Below, in pieces: positions 39,258 through 50,014 of a stretch of 64,000 nucleotides of DNA. The notes below the pieces were generated by a model, which made no database searches, had not been told where the DNA came from, and saw nothing but the letters and a program-made list of their open reading frames with translations. A program made the position numbers and the translations under genes. Source of the DNA: Minisyncoccia bacterium (GTDB taxonomy: Bacteria; Patescibacteriota; Minisyncoccia; Phycocordibacterales; PALSA-1337); assembly GCA_044228445.1 (NCBI GenBank), contig JBGAUV010000001.1, positions 15,827 through 79,826 of the forward strand, written 5' to 3'. The first letter of the stretch is position 1; every line of letters begins with the position of its first letter.

Positions 39258-39863
39258 TTATAGATTATCTTTTAAATTTCTAAGAGTTGCAGTAGAAGTA
39301 TATAGCCTTGGAATTGGCGATCTATTTGGATCAGCGTCAATAAGAAGATTTGTTCTAATTAATCTAATTGAAGTGATATTTACTGGGTAAGTAAGTGGTG
39401 ATGAAGTCCCTGCATAGTTAGTATCATAATATTCAAATAATGGTGTGGTGCTAGAATTTTTTAGATTATAGGCTAGAGTTGTAATAACTTCAGATGCTGG
39501 ATTATATACTGGAGGATTTCCAGTTGATGCAATTACTCCCTTTTTCAAAACATTACCAGTTAAAAAATATCTGACCTGCTCCATCTTTGTATCACCATCA
39601 ATATCACTAAAGAAAGTCAACGTACTTGTTGCAACTGAACTTATAGGATAAGCTCCATTACCACTTGGAGACATTGATCTCATTTCTTTAACCATAGTTG
39701 CTATAATAGCTCTTGAATCTTGAGCACTCTCTATTACATCCTTTGTATATTTATTAAATCTAAATATATTTGTTTGGAAAGTCGCCACAGCAATAGATAT
39801 TAAAACTATCATTCCAAGTGCAACCATTGTCTCTATTAAAGTAAATCCTTTATTTTTTTTCAT
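39258..39863 (-). CDS. Type IV pilin-like protein with prepilin cleavage/methylation N-terminus
   Basis: MKKNKGFTLIETMVALGMIVLI matches G|FTLIE prepilin class III signal. Confidence 0.65.
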   Translation of the reverse strand: MKKNKGFTLIETMVALGMIVLISIAVATFQTNIFRFNKYTKDVIESAQDSRAIIATMVKEMRSMSPSGNGAYPISSVATSTLTFFSDIDGDTKMEQVRYFLTGNVLKKGVIASTGNPPVYNPASEVITTLAYNLKNSSTTPLFEYYDTNYAGTSSPLTYPVNITSIRLIRTNLLIDADPNRSPIPRLYTSTATLRNLKDNL

Positions 39864-39864
39864 T

Positions 39865-41682
39865 CTACTTTGTTAATATTACTGTTTGCTCTTGCCAACT
39901 TGAACTTACATTTGAAACATTTGTTGTTGTTGGATAATCATTTCTAGAAGTTGTGATTGTATAACTACCTGTAGATAAGCCCTTAAATATAACTTGTCCT
40001 GGAGGAGTACAGTCTGAAGTATATGTAAAGTATATATCAGAAAGATTTGGTGTAAAACTATTATCTAGTGTTGATAAATATATTTTATATCTAACATATC
40101 TATCTCCATTATGAACTGTATTTATATTAGTATCAGAAGCTGTGTAGTAAGTATTTGAAGTTCCATCAGGGCCCTTGTACACCCAAGTTGTTGAAGCATT
40201 TATTATAGAATTTGTAGCAAACTGAATTCTTAAACTTGTTGTACCTGTTTGTATAGGCTGATCAGTTGGTGTCCAGAATACTTTATGGAAATTACTAATT
40301 GATCCGAGATCAATAATAGATGATTCCATTTCACTAGTTGAAGCAAAACTTCCTGATGTATTTTTTAGTTTAAGTTCCCCACTTGGTGAAGATATTTCCA
40401 AATTACCATCATCATAAAAATAACTTAATTCATCACTAAAATTAACTTGCCCACTACCATTTGACCAATCAGTTTGATTGAAATATCCCCTATCAGTTAT
40501 TTGTGTATACTCGAAATCATCACCGTCACTTATTTTTACAGTTGCTCCAGTAACTGGTAAACCTGTAACACTATCTTTTACTGTTACCAAAAGACTCTTT
40601 GGAGTTTTTGGCCCACCAATTATCATTACAGTTTCTGTACTATTTGGAGTAATCTCATTTGGACTTAAAGGATTTAAACCATATATATCATAACTCGAAT
40701 CAGTTCCCATAATACTGTATGTATCCCATTCTATATTTGTATTATTATATAATCCTGAACTATTTGTAGTTAAAGCACTTGAAAACTTTGGTATATTAAC
40801 ACCCTTTGTCTTTGCACCGGTCATCGTAAAATTAAAATCAGGTAAAACTACACAAGTAGGTCCAACACTTTTTATAGTTAAATTTGAGACTCTATCTATA
40901 ACAAAACTTATTTGAGTAACTTGTTGAACAAGAACAGTTGCATTTGGTTTTGTTGGATTTAAGTTTGTTGTGCTAGTTGCATATGTCTTATCAGTTGAAT
41001 AGCCATTTTTACTTACTGTAATTTCATAAGCTTCTATACCAGGAGGTGCATCAACTATAGCCAACATTCCATTTATATTTGTAACATCATCAATTATGAT
41101 ATTTGGACTGACTTTTGCATTTACCACATGAACATCTGCATCTGATACAGGTACGCCATTTGCATCAAAAACTTTTATAAAAAGTGCTCCATTGGTACTT
41201 GCTGTTTCAAGATTTTTTGGTGCTATTGTGGTCGTTAATGTAATAGGTAAATATCCTTTACATGTATCACATTCAACTTCAACTTCTACAAGTTTATTAT
41301 CAGCGGGTGATAAATCATTTAGATTTCCTCCAAGAGTTCCGTCGTATGGTAAATCAATATTTCTTATTGTAGTTATAACATTAAAAGTAATACCTCCTCT
41401 TACAAACTGTTGTGTATGTGGAATTTTTCCTTTTGGTATACCAGAAACTTCTCCAACATCTGAATAAGGTAAATTTCTTATTATTTCAAATTGTTCATTT
41501 GCAAGACTAATTGCCAAAATCTTATACTGGCTGGCTGAAGCAACTGAAAATAGACTTACATAAACCTGATACAGTGCAATAGATATAGTTAAAAATACAG
41601 CAATTCCCACCAAAGTCTCAACCATAGTAAAACCTTTTTTAAATAACTTTATATTTTTAGAAATTAAATTATATAAATACAT
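39865..41682 (-). CDS. Giant (605 aa) prepilin-type protein (major or minor pilin-like)
   Basis: KKGFTMVETLVGIAVFL prepilin N-terminus; long T/S/N-rich beta-type C-terminal region. Confidence 0.6.
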   Translation of the reverse strand: MYLYNLISKNIKLFKKGFTMVETLVGIAVFLTISIALYQVYVSLFSVASASQYKILAISLANEQFEIIRNLPYSDVGEVSGIPKGKIPHTQQFVRGGITFNVITTIRNIDLPYDGTLGGNLNDLSPADNKLVEVEVECDTCKGYLPITLTTTIAPKNLETASTNGALFIKVFDANGVPVSDADVHVVNAKVSPNIIIDDVTNINGMLAIVDAPPGIEAYEITVSKNGYSTDKTYATSTTNLNPTKPNATVLVQQVTQISFVIDRVSNLTIKSVGPTCVVLPDFNFTMTGAKTKGVNIPKFSSALTTNSSGLYNNTNIEWDTYSIMGTDSSYDIYGLNPLSPNEITPNSTETVMIIGGPKTPKSLLVTVKDSVTGLPVTGATVKISDGDDFEYTQITDRGYFNQTDWSNGSGQVNFSDELSYFYDDGNLEISSPSGELKLKNTSGSFASTSEMESSIIDLGSISNFHKVFWTPTDQPIQTGTTSLRIQFATNSIINASTTWVYKGPDGTSNTYYTASDTNINTVHNGDRYVRYKIYLSTLDNSFTPNLSDIYFTYTSDCTPPGQVIFKGLSTGSYTITTSRNDYPTTTNVSNVSSSWQEQTVILTK

Positions 41683-42894
41683 TTATATTGCATTTACTAG
41701 TGAATACATAGGTGAAATCATTGCAATTGCAAAGAATCCAACTCCGACAGCTATAAAAACCATAAGTACTGGTTCAATTATTGTAGACATATCTTTTGTT
41801 CTTTGATCAACATCCTCTTCATAATAAACCGCTACCCCCAAAAGCATTTCACCTATTTTTCCAGTCTCTTCCCCAACTTCAATCATTTCGCTAAAAAATG
41901 ATGGGTAGAGCTTTTCATTACTATGAAAAACTTTTGAAATCAAATCTCCTTTCTCAACCGCTTGAGCTGATTGTTCTATAACTTTTTTGTAATGAACATT
42001 TTGTACAATATCTTTTGTAATACGTAGAGCTTCTAAGACATCTACCCCGGAAGTAATTAGAGAAGACATTGATCTTGCTGTTCTTGCACTATTTACCTCT
42101 TTTACTAGATTTCCAATAACTGGAATTTTAATAATTATATAGTGCAATATATTTTTTCCATTTAAACTTTTTGACCAAAAATATGCAAGACAACCTAGTA
42201 TAACAATTACAATTAGAATAAATATACCATTATTTATAATCATATCACTTATAAATAGAACAATTTTTGTTGGTGTAGGTAATGCTAAATTTAATTCTTT
42301 AAATGTTTTCATCAATGTTGGAACAATATAGGTAAGCATTATTATTCCTATAATTACCATCGCTGCAAGAACTACTGAAGGATACATGAGTGCTCCTTTA
42401 ATTCTCTTTTGTAATTGATAACTTTTCTCCATTTGAGTAGACACAACCTTAAGTGCTTCAGCTAACATTCCACTCTGTTCACCTGCCTTAACCATAGATA
42501 TAACTAAAGGAGAAAACATATTTTTATACATTTCCATTGATTCACTGAGTGTTTTTCCTGAAGATATTTCATCTCTCAAACTGCCTATAATTTTTTTAAC
42601 CTTTTTATTCTTATTCTGATTCTCCATTACTGACAATGCTCTTGATATGGCAAGACCAGCAGAAATCATGGATCCAAGATTTTTTGAAAAAGTAATCTTA
42701 TCCATCATTTTAATGGAATTAAAGAAATTAAAACTTATATTAAAAGAAAATCCTCCGCTCTTTTCTTTTACTGAAATTGCTTCATCTCCTGATTCTTTTA
42801 GCATTTTATACAAATCAAAACGATCTTTTGCATCACGCTCACCTTTATATATTTCACCATTGCTTCTTTTTGCTTTAAAAACAAATGTGGACAT
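41683..42894 (-). CDS. pilC: Type IV pilus / type II secretion platform protein PilC/GspF
   Basis: Two GspF-type repeats, 3 TM, 403 aa. Confidence 0.85.
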   Translation of the reverse strand: MSTFVFKAKRSNGEIYKGERDAKDRFDLYKMLKESGDEAISVKEKSGGFSFNISFNFFNSIKMMDKITFSKNLGSMISAGLAISRALSVMENQNKNKKVKKIIGSLRDEISSGKTLSESMEMYKNMFSPLVISMVKAGEQSGMLAEALKVVSTQMEKSYQLQKRIKGALMYPSVVLAAMVIIGIIMLTYIVPTLMKTFKELNLALPTPTKIVLFISDMIINNGIFILIVIVILGCLAYFWSKSLNGKNILHYIIIKIPVIGNLVKEVNSARTARSMSSLITSGVDVLEALRITKDIVQNVHYKKVIEQSAQAVEKGDLISKVFHSNEKLYPSFFSEMIEVGEETGKIGEMLLGVAVYYEEDVDQRTKDMSTIIEPVLMVFIAVGVGFFAIAMISPMYSLVNAI

Positions 42895-42895
42895 T

Positions 42896-44644
42896 TTATT
42901 CTGAAATTACTCTTAGAACTTCTTCAATTGTCGTTTGACCTTGAACTGATTTGAATATTCCATCTTCTATCATTGTAAGCATTCCCTCTTTTTTTGCTTG
43001 ATCCTCTATTTGACCTGCTGTTGCTCCTTTCATAATAAGATCCTTTATCGTCGGGCTCACCTTTAGAACTTCATGTATACCAATACGACTCTTATATCCA
43101 TCATCTTCTTTTCCAGGAACAGCTTTCCAAAAATTAATCTTATCCCAAGTATCTCCAGGCTTAACTACCTTTTCAGCTTTTAATACTTCTAGCACTCTCT
43201 TTAGATCAACAACTTTCTCTAAGTTTGCTAATTCTGCTTTTGATAAATAGTATTTTTCTTTTGTATCAGACAATCTTCTAACTAGTCTTTGAGCAATTAC
43301 AATATTTATAGTTGAAACTAGTAGGAATGATTCTATTTTCATATCCATAAGACGAGGAATAGCTCCAGCAGAACTATTGGTGTGTAATGTTGATAGAACC
43401 AAGTGTCCTGTTAGAGAAGCATTTACTGCTAGAGATGCTGTTTCATTATCTCTTATTTCCCCCACCATTATTATGTCTGGGTCTTGTCTAACTAGTGTTC
43501 TAAGTCCAGAAGCAAATGTAAAACCAATATCAGGATTTACTTGAGTCTGGTTTATTCTTTTCATTTGATACTCAACAGGATCTTCAATAGTTGAAATATT
43601 TACATCAGGTTTATTTAAAATATCCAGAATTGTATACAAAGTTGTGGTCTTACCGGAACCAGTTGGTCCTGTAGTTAGAATCATTCCTGTTGTTTGATTT
43701 GTAGCATGATGTATTCTATCCAATCCTTCTCCATGAAAACCAAGATGTTCTAATGTAAAACCAGAAACATTTTCACGAAGCAAACGCATAACAGTTTTTT
43801 CACCGTAATAAGTTGGTAGTATGGATACACGGAAAGACACTTTTTCATTATTCATATCAACCTTAAATCTTCCATCTTGTGGCAACCTTTTTTCATCTAG
43901 TTTTAAGTTAGAAAGAACTTTTATACGAGCAGTTATAGAAGATTCAGCATGTTTTGGAAGAATCATTGCATCATGTAAAAGTCCATCAATTCTATATCTA
44001 ACTAGCAATTCTGCTTCCATAGGTTCAATATGAATATCAGAAGCATCTTGTATAATTGCATGCTTTAAAAGTGTGTCCACTATACGAATAACAGGTAAGT
44101 TTTCTGCTATCTTTTTTAAATCCTCTTCACTTGTAGAACCACCTGCATCTTCAGCAATAGTCTTTAGAGTTGCTGATTCCTTTTGAATAATATCTCCGAA
44201 TTCAGCTTTCAAACTCTTTTGATATTGAATAATTGCGCTCTTTATTGATTCAGCATCAGTAAGTCTAGGTAAAATCTTCAATTTTACTTTCTTTTTTACG
44301 AAATCAATTGCTGAAAGATCGTCAACATCAAGCATAGCAACTTCTAAACTATCATCAGTCTTTTTAAAGCCTATAATATTGTGATTTCTAGCTACTGGCT
44401 CAGGAATCATAGATAGAGTATCAAAAGGAATTTTTCTAGATTTTAAATCTACGAAAGGAATACCGAGAACATAGGCCTGCATTCTTCTCAAATTATCCTC
44501 AGTAATCTTTCCATTATTTACAAGTATTTCAGCAGCTTTAACACCTTTTTCTTCAGCTTCTTTTATAGCCTTATCAAGATCAGTTTTGGAAACTAGATTG
44601 GAATCCAAAATAAATTTATTGAGCTGTGTCTCTGGAACGAACAT
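42896..44644 (-). CDS. pilB: Type IV pilus assembly ATPase PilB/GspE
   Basis: Walker A GPTGSGKTTTLY, Asp box, His box; N-terminal GspE_N domain. Confidence 0.9.
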   Translation of the reverse strand: MFVPETQLNKFILDSNLVSKTDLDKAIKEAEEKGVKAAEILVNNGKITEDNLRRMQAYVLGIPFVDLKSRKIPFDTLSMIPEPVARNHNIIGFKKTDDSLEVAMLDVDDLSAIDFVKKKVKLKILPRLTDAESIKSAIIQYQKSLKAEFGDIIQKESATLKTIAEDAGGSTSEEDLKKIAENLPVIRIVDTLLKHAIIQDASDIHIEPMEAELLVRYRIDGLLHDAMILPKHAESSITARIKVLSNLKLDEKRLPQDGRFKVDMNNEKVSFRVSILPTYYGEKTVMRLLRENVSGFTLEHLGFHGEGLDRIHHATNQTTGMILTTGPTGSGKTTTLYTILDILNKPDVNISTIEDPVEYQMKRINQTQVNPDIGFTFASGLRTLVRQDPDIIMVGEIRDNETASLAVNASLTGHLVLSTLHTNSSAGAIPRLMDMKIESFLLVSTINIVIAQRLVRRLSDTKEKYYLSKAELANLEKVVDLKRVLEVLKAEKVVKPGDTWDKINFWKAVPGKEDDGYKSRIGIHEVLKVSPTIKDLIMKGATAGQIEDQAKKEGMLTMIEDGIFKSVQGQTTIEEVLRVISE

Positions 44645-45020
44645 ACAGCTATTATATCAGTACTGTATAACAAAGAGTATGTGTATAAACATATTGCTAA
44701 TTAATAATTAAGGAGTAGCATTATGTGTGGAGGTGTTTATGATAGCAAAGCTTTTGTTATCGACAATTATTATTATCGCTGTACTTAGTCTAGCTCTAGC
44801 GGTAGTTGTTTGTGAAATACTAAACCCCAGTTTTTTAAACCGAAAGGTCACAAAATGATAATTTTTTACAACTGTATAGGCTTTTGCCTGTACAGTTGTT
44901 TGTTTTATACACAAAATCTACTATTGCTTTAGTCATCACCTTCTGGTATATTGTTGTTATCAGTAGTTCGCCCTCCCAGGCGGACATTTTTTATAAAAAG
45001 GGGTTAATAATAATAAATAT

Positions 45021-46181
45021 ATGGTTGATTTAAAGGTAATAAACTCTGTTTTAGAACAACTAGAACAAGAGCGTGGTATTCCAAAGGATAAAATGCTTGA
45101 GGCTATAGAACTTGCTTTAGCTATGGCGTATAAGAAAGAGTATGGTAAAAAAGGCCAGATAGTTAGGGCTATTTTCGATAAAAACACAGGAAAAGCTGAA
45201 TTTTATCAAGTTAAAATAGTAGTTGATGAAACAAAAGTCATCATGGAAGATGAAGAAGATGAACAAGACCTAAAAACAATAAGTGAAGAAAATATTCGCG
45301 TTAGATATAACCCTGAACACCACATTCTCCTAGAAGATGCAAAAAGAATAAAGAAAGATGCAAAAATAGACGATGAAATAATATTTCCACTAGAAACAAA
45401 GGATAATTACGGCCGTATAGCAGCTCAAACAGCAAAACAAGTCATAATTCAAAAGATTAGAGAAGCAGAAAAGACATCAGTTATGACAGAATATGGCCAA
45501 AAAGAAGGAGAAATTGTCTCTGGCACAGTACAAAGAATAGAAAGAGGTACCCTATTTATAGATATGGGAAGAGCTTTGGGGGTTATACCTTATGAAGAAC
45601 AAATCCCTAGCGAACACTACAAGCAAGGTGAAAGAATAAGAGCATATCTATATGCTGTTGAAGAGACTCCAAAGGGTATCCTACTTAAACTTTCACGTTC
45701 TCACCCAAAATTCTTAGCAAAACTATTTGAAATTGAAGCTCCAGAAATTGCTCAAGGCGTAGTTGAGGTTAAGTCAGTAGCAAGAGAGGCAGGATCACGT
45801 TCAAAAATCGCTGTATTCTCAAAAGACAGCCATATAGACCCTATAGGTTCACTAGTTGGGCAAAGAGGTGTGCGTGTTTCTACAGTTATGAGTGAGCTTG
45901 GAGGTGAAAAGATAGACATTATTGAATGGAGTGAGGATCCTTCAAAATTCATTACTGAGGCACTATCCCCTGCTAGAATCGTAGAAATAACTCTATTTAA
46001 GGAAGAAGCTAGAGCTGTAGTAAAGGTTACAGAAGATCAACAATCGCTAGCAATAGGAAAAGGTGGTCAAAATGTACGTCTAGCAGCAAAACTTACAGGA
46101 TGGAAAATAGACATACAACCAGTAAGTACTGATGGCATAGCAAAAGATGTATCTGAAGATATGGAAAAAGAGAGCGAATAA
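45021..46181 (+). CDS. nusA: Transcription termination/antitermination factor NusA
   Basis: NusA N-domain, S1 domain and KH1/KH2 (...GQNVRLAAKLTGWKIDI). Confidence 0.9.
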   Translation: MVDLKVINSVLEQLEQERGIPKDKMLEAIELALAMAYKKEYGKKGQIVRAIFDKNTGKAEFYQVKIVVDETKVIMEDEEDEQDLKTISEENIRVRYNPEHHILLEDAKRIKKDAKIDDEIIFPLETKDNYGRIAAQTAKQVIIQKIREAEKTSVMTEYGQKEGEIVSGTVQRIERGTLFIDMGRALGVIPYEEQIPSEHYKQGERIRAYLYAVEETPKGILLKLSRSHPKFLAKLFEIEAPEIAQGVVEVKSVAREAGSRSKIAVFSKDSHIDPIGSLVGQRGVRVSTVMSELGGEKIDIIEWSEDPSKFITEALSPARIVEITLFKEEARAVVKVTEDQQSLAIGKGGQNVRLAAKLTGWKIDIQPVSTDGIAKDVSEDMEKESE

Positions 46182-46211
46182 CATTATAAAACATAAAATA
46201 AGGCTAAAAAT

Positions 46212-46736
46212 ATGAATATTTTACACGATATTGAACCAGGAAAACCAGAAGAAGTGAATGTAATCATAGAAATACCAAAAGGATCAAAAAATAAGTATGA
46301 AATAGATAAGAAAACAGGTCTAATTTCACTAGATAGAGTATTACACACTGCACAAGATTTTCCTTTTGACTATGGTTTTATACCACAAACACTATGGCAT
46401 GATGGTGATCCACTAGATGTAGTTTTACTAACTACATACCCTCTTTTCCCAGGAATACTTGTAAAAGCCAGACCTGTAGCTGTTATGGGTATGCTAGACA
46501 GTGAAGAAAAGGACGATAAAATCATAGCAGTACCTGCTGATGATCCAAGATGGAACGACGTAAAGGATTTAAACGATCTAAATACCCATACACTAAAGGA
46601 AATTGAACATTTCTATTCAACATACAAGAAGATTCAGAAAAAAGAAGTTATTGTAAAGGACTTTGGAGATAAAAAGAAAGCAAAATCAGTTTTTGAAGAA
46701 GGAGTAGAAATGTATAAAAAGAATAAAAATAAATAG
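46212..46736 (+). CDS. ppa: Inorganic pyrophosphatase (family I)
   Basis: DGDPLDVVLL and ...DDK.IAV... PPase signature. Confidence 0.9.
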   Translation: MNILHDIEPGKPEEVNVIIEIPKGSKNKYEIDKKTGLISLDRVLHTAQDFPFDYGFIPQTLWHDGDPLDVVLLTTYPLFPGILVKARPVAVMGMLDSEEKDDKIIAVPADDPRWNDVKDLNDLNTHTLKEIEHFYSTYKKIQKKEVIVKDFGDKKKAKSVFEEGVEMYKKNKNK

Positions 46737-46826
46737 TATTGTTTTTATCTTTAATGCTATAATACATGTAGTGCCAAACTAATATAGATTCGGCATTGTG
46801 TTTTAATTATTATATAACTCAAAAAA

Positions 46827-47615
46827 ATGTTAAAAAAATATTCATTACTATTTGTATTACTTTCAATGGTATTTATACTACCATTTATTTCTAGTGCTCA
46901 AACTGGAAGTACTGATCCAGTTCCTACTACACAAAAGCCACCTGTATCTGGAAGACCAGATCTAAAAACCCGCGTTGAAGCTCGTATTGAAAACAATGAA
47001 AACAATCGAGGTATAAGACAAGTTGAAAAAAGAGTTGAAAATATAAAAGAAAAAGCTGAAATAAGAAAAGAAAAAAGAGAAGATATTAAGTCAATGAGAC
47101 TAGATGAAAATGCTTCAACTTCAGAAAGACTTTCTATGTTTAAGAAAAACATGAAAGATGATATGAAGAAAAAGATGGAAGCAAAGACTTTTGAAATAAG
47201 AAAAAATGCTCTTATAAAAGAATTAAATATTGCTCTTAGAAACCTTGATAGCGTAGACGAGAGAGTAAAAGCTAGAATAGAAAAACTATCCGGAGAAGGT
47301 AAAGATGTAAGTTCAATCAAAAATCTTCTAGCAACAGCAGAAGAAAAACTAAATAAAGCAAAGATAGATGTAAAGTCACTTGATTCAATATCAGTAGCAT
47401 CAACAACACCAAGTACAGGAACATCTACTGCTGAAGTTGATCTTTCAAAGCCACGTGTACTAGGAAATACAGCAATAAAGAGCGTGAAAGATGCTCGTGA
47501 TGCATTTAAAAAAGTAGTAGAAGCAATTGCTCACCTATCTGGAAATAAGATCGATAAGCAAGCAACAACAACACCAAGTACAGAAAGCACTCCTTCAACA
47601 ACTTCAACTCAATAA
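46827..47615 (+). CDS. Secreted K/E-rich coiled-coil protein, unknown function
   Basis: Signal peptide (LLFVLLSMVFILPFISSAQ), charged helical repeats, S/T-rich C-terminus. Confidence 0.4.
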   Translation: MLKKYSLLFVLLSMVFILPFISSAQTGSTDPVPTTQKPPVSGRPDLKTRVEARIENNENNRGIRQVEKRVENIKEKAEIRKEKREDIKSMRLDENASTSERLSMFKKNMKDDMKKKMEAKTFEIRKNALIKELNIALRNLDSVDERVKARIEKLSGEGKDVSSIKNLLATAEEKLNKAKIDVKSLDSISVASTTPSTGTSTAEVDLSKPRVLGNTAIKSVKDARDAFKKVVEAIAHLSGNKIDKQATTTPSTESTPSTTSTQ

Positions 47616-47641
47616 TTAATAAATAAATTTATATTAAACAT

Positions 47642-47959
47642 ATGGATATAAGACCAAATAACAATAATCAAATGGGAGGAATGAATAGTGGTGTTAACAA
47701 TACCAACCAAATGCCAATTAAAAAGGAAAAAAGCATTGGACCAATGATTGCTATTCTAATTGTTGTACTTGCAATAATAATTGCTGCAATATACTTTATA
47801 GGCGCAAAATTTAGTTCACCTAAGATAGATACAACTAATACAACATCACAAACCATAAACACAGAAACACAAACAGCTGCAACAATAAAAGCAGATGATG
47901 TTAATACTTTAAATCAAGAACTTGATAGTCAGTTAAAAGATATTGATTTTAGTTTCTAA
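47642..47959 (+). CDS. Small single-pass membrane protein
   Basis: One TM (IGPMIAILIVVLAIIIAAIYFIG), T/Q/N-rich tail. Confidence 0.35.
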   Translation: MDIRPNNNNQMGGMNSGVNNTNQMPIKKEKSIGPMIAILIVVLAIIIAAIYFIGAKFSSPKIDTTNTTSQTINTETQTAATIKADDVNTLNQELDSQLKDIDFSF

Positions 47960-47982
47960 ATAAGTTTTGAGTTAAAACAAGA

Positions 47983-48008
47983 GAGACCGAAAGGTCTTTT
48001 TTGTTTTG
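47983..48008 (+). terminator. Intrinsic terminator (agacc-gaaa-ggtct followed by TTTTTTGTTTT)
   Basis: GNRA-looped GC stem with U-tract. Confidence 0.55.
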
Positions 48009-48103
48009 TATAAATAAAGTAATACAGAGTAAAAAATAACATGAATGTTAAATAATTGTCTTTCCTCTACCTTTCTGCTATATTTGCCAAACATAATAAA
48101 TAT

Positions 48104-49174
48104 ATGGAAAATAATAAATTCTACGAAAATCTAAAGATTTCAAAGGCTGATGGTTCAAAAATAGAAATAACTGGTACAGTTCCAGCTCTAAAGTTTGAAT
48201 CATATAGAAAAAAGGCTCTTGAAAATATTAATAATGAAATATCAATGGACGGTTTTAGAAAAGGAAAAATTCCAGAAAATATCCTTATATCTAAAGTCGG
48301 CGATATGTCTATACTTGAAGAAATGGCTGAACTAGCCTTATCACAAGCTTATCCAAAAATAGTTATTGAAGAAAAGCTAGATGTAATAGGTAGACCAGAA
48401 ATACAAATTACAAAAATAGCAAAAGATAGTCCCCTAGAATTCAAAATTATTTCTGCTGTAGTTCCAGAAGTAAAACTTGATGATTATAAGAAAATTGCAA
48501 AAGAAGAAATATCAAAACAAAAAGAAATAGAACCAGTTACAGATAAAGATATTGAGGATGCAATATTAAAGATCCGTCGTTCAAGAGCAAATCATGATCA
48601 CAATCATGGTGAAATGTCAGAAGAGGAACACAATAAGCTTTTAGATTCTTCCCTACCTGAATTAAATGATGATTTTGTTAAAAGCTTAGGCCAATTCTCT
48701 GATGTAAATGATTTCAGAGATAAAGTAAAAGAAATGCTTGTTATCGATAGAAAAGATCAGGCGAGAGAAAAAAAGAGAATTGCAATATCAGATAAATTAA
48801 TAGAGACATCAAGTATAATAGTTCCTGAAGTATTGATAGAAAGCGAAACAAAAAGAATAGAAGCTCAGTTTGGTGAGGATATTGCTAGAATGGGTATAAA
48901 GATGGAAGATTATTTGAATCACGCAAAAAAGACAGTTGAAGATATAAGAAAAGAATGGAGACCACACGCAGAAAAGAAAGCAAAACTCCAACTTATACTA
49001 AATGAAATTGCAAAAATAGAAAAACTATCACCAGATCCAAAAGAAATTGAAAATGAAGTAAACCATATAGTTGAGCACTATAAGGACGCCGATAGAGATA
49101 GAGCATTCATATATGCAGAAACTGTTTTAACAAATGAAAAAGTCTACGGTTTCCTAGAAAGTCAGACAAAATAA
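48104..49174 (+). CDS. tig: Trigger factor (start moved to internal Met)
   Basis: Three-domain trigger factor pattern (ribosome-binding N-domain, PPIase-like middle region, C-domain). Confidence 0.8.
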   Translation: MENNKFYENLKISKADGSKIEITGTVPALKFESYRKKALENINNEISMDGFRKGKIPENILISKVGDMSILEEMAELALSQAYPKIVIEEKLDVIGRPEIQITKIAKDSPLEFKIISAVVPEVKLDDYKKIAKEEISKQKEIEPVTDKDIEDAILKIRRSRANHDHNHGEMSEEEHNKLLDSSLPELNDDFVKSLGQFSDVNDFRDKVKEMLVIDRKDQAREKKRIAISDKLIETSSIIVPEVLIESETKRIEAQFGEDIARMGIKMEDYLNHAKKTVEDIRKEWRPHAEKKAKLQLILNEIAKIEKLSPDPKEIENEVNHIVEHYKDADRDRAFIYAETVLTNEKVYGFLESQTK

Positions 49175-49188
49175 ATACAAATATAAAA

Positions 49189-49214
49189 ATACCGCATAAA
49201 AGCGGTGTTTTTAT
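49189..49214. terminator. Terminator hairpin accgc-ataaaa-gcggt with flanking T/A runs (bidirectional)
   Basis: Read directly between convergent tig and rsmE. Confidence 0.5.
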
Positions 49215-49918
49215 ATTATTTTTGTTAAAGCTACAACTACAGCAGTCTCTGATCTTAATATCTGTTCACCTAGTTTATAAATAGGAATACCGTTTATTCT
49301 AAATTCACCAATCTCTTCATCAGTATATCCACCCTCTGGACCGACAAAAACTGCATTATATGGAAGCATATCCATACTAACTTTATCTAACATATATGGT
49401 TCACCTTTAGTATGAAAAGCAATTGCTCTTATTTTATTATCTTTAATAAAGTCAAAACAAGAACTAAAATATTTTATATTATGAATATTTGGAGTATAAA
49501 CTCTTCCACTTTGTTCACTGGCCTCAATAGAGATTTTATTTAATCTTTCTTCATTTATATTCTTCTTTTCACTTCTCATAGAAACCACAGGGATAATATC
49601 ACTAACTCCTAGCTCGGTAGCTTTTTCAACAATCCATTCAAAAGTATCTTTTTTTACTATAGAAGCAAAAAGATAGGTTTTTTTATTATTTAAATCTTTT
49701 TTATCAATACTTTGTTCTATATTAAATGAAATACTATCTTTTAAAATATTATTAATAACAGTTATGTATTCATAACCAGAATTATCAAATAAAATTACCC
49801 TATCCCCTGTCTTAAATCTAAAAACTTTCTTTATTTGGTTTACCAAATCATCAGAAACAATAGTCTTACTCTTTTCATCGCCTATTTTTTCATTTATAAA
49901 AAATCTATGGAATCTCAT
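49211..49918 (-). CDS. rsmE: 16S rRNA (uracil1498-N3)-methyltransferase RsmE family
   Basis: N-terminal PUA-like region (MRFHRFF...) and SPOUT-type C-terminal domain (...FVGPEGG..). Confidence 0.7.
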   Translation of the reverse strand: MRFHRFFINEKIGDEKSKTIVSDDLVNQIKKVFRFKTGDRVILFDNSGYEYITVINNILKDSISFNIEQSIDKKDLNNKKTYLFASIVKKDTFEWIVEKATELGVSDIIPVVSMRSEKKNINEERLNKISIEASEQSGRVYTPNIHNIKYFSSCFDFIKDNKIRAIAFHTKGEPYMLDKVSMDMLPYNAVFVGPEGGYTDEEIGEFRINGIPIYKLGEQILRSETAVVVALTKII

Positions 49919-50014
49919 ATATAAAGTCTACAATGAAAGTTGCCAAATATCTACTGTAATGTATTATTTGTTTATACCTTAATAAATAAGAGCGAAAGCT
50001 CAATAAAAACAATT

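Noticed and set aside
44708-45187. Minus-strand ORFs 44708..44914 and 44960..45187
   Set aside because: They have no RBS and overlap the nusA start and the small plus-strand ORFs. Their composition is atypical.
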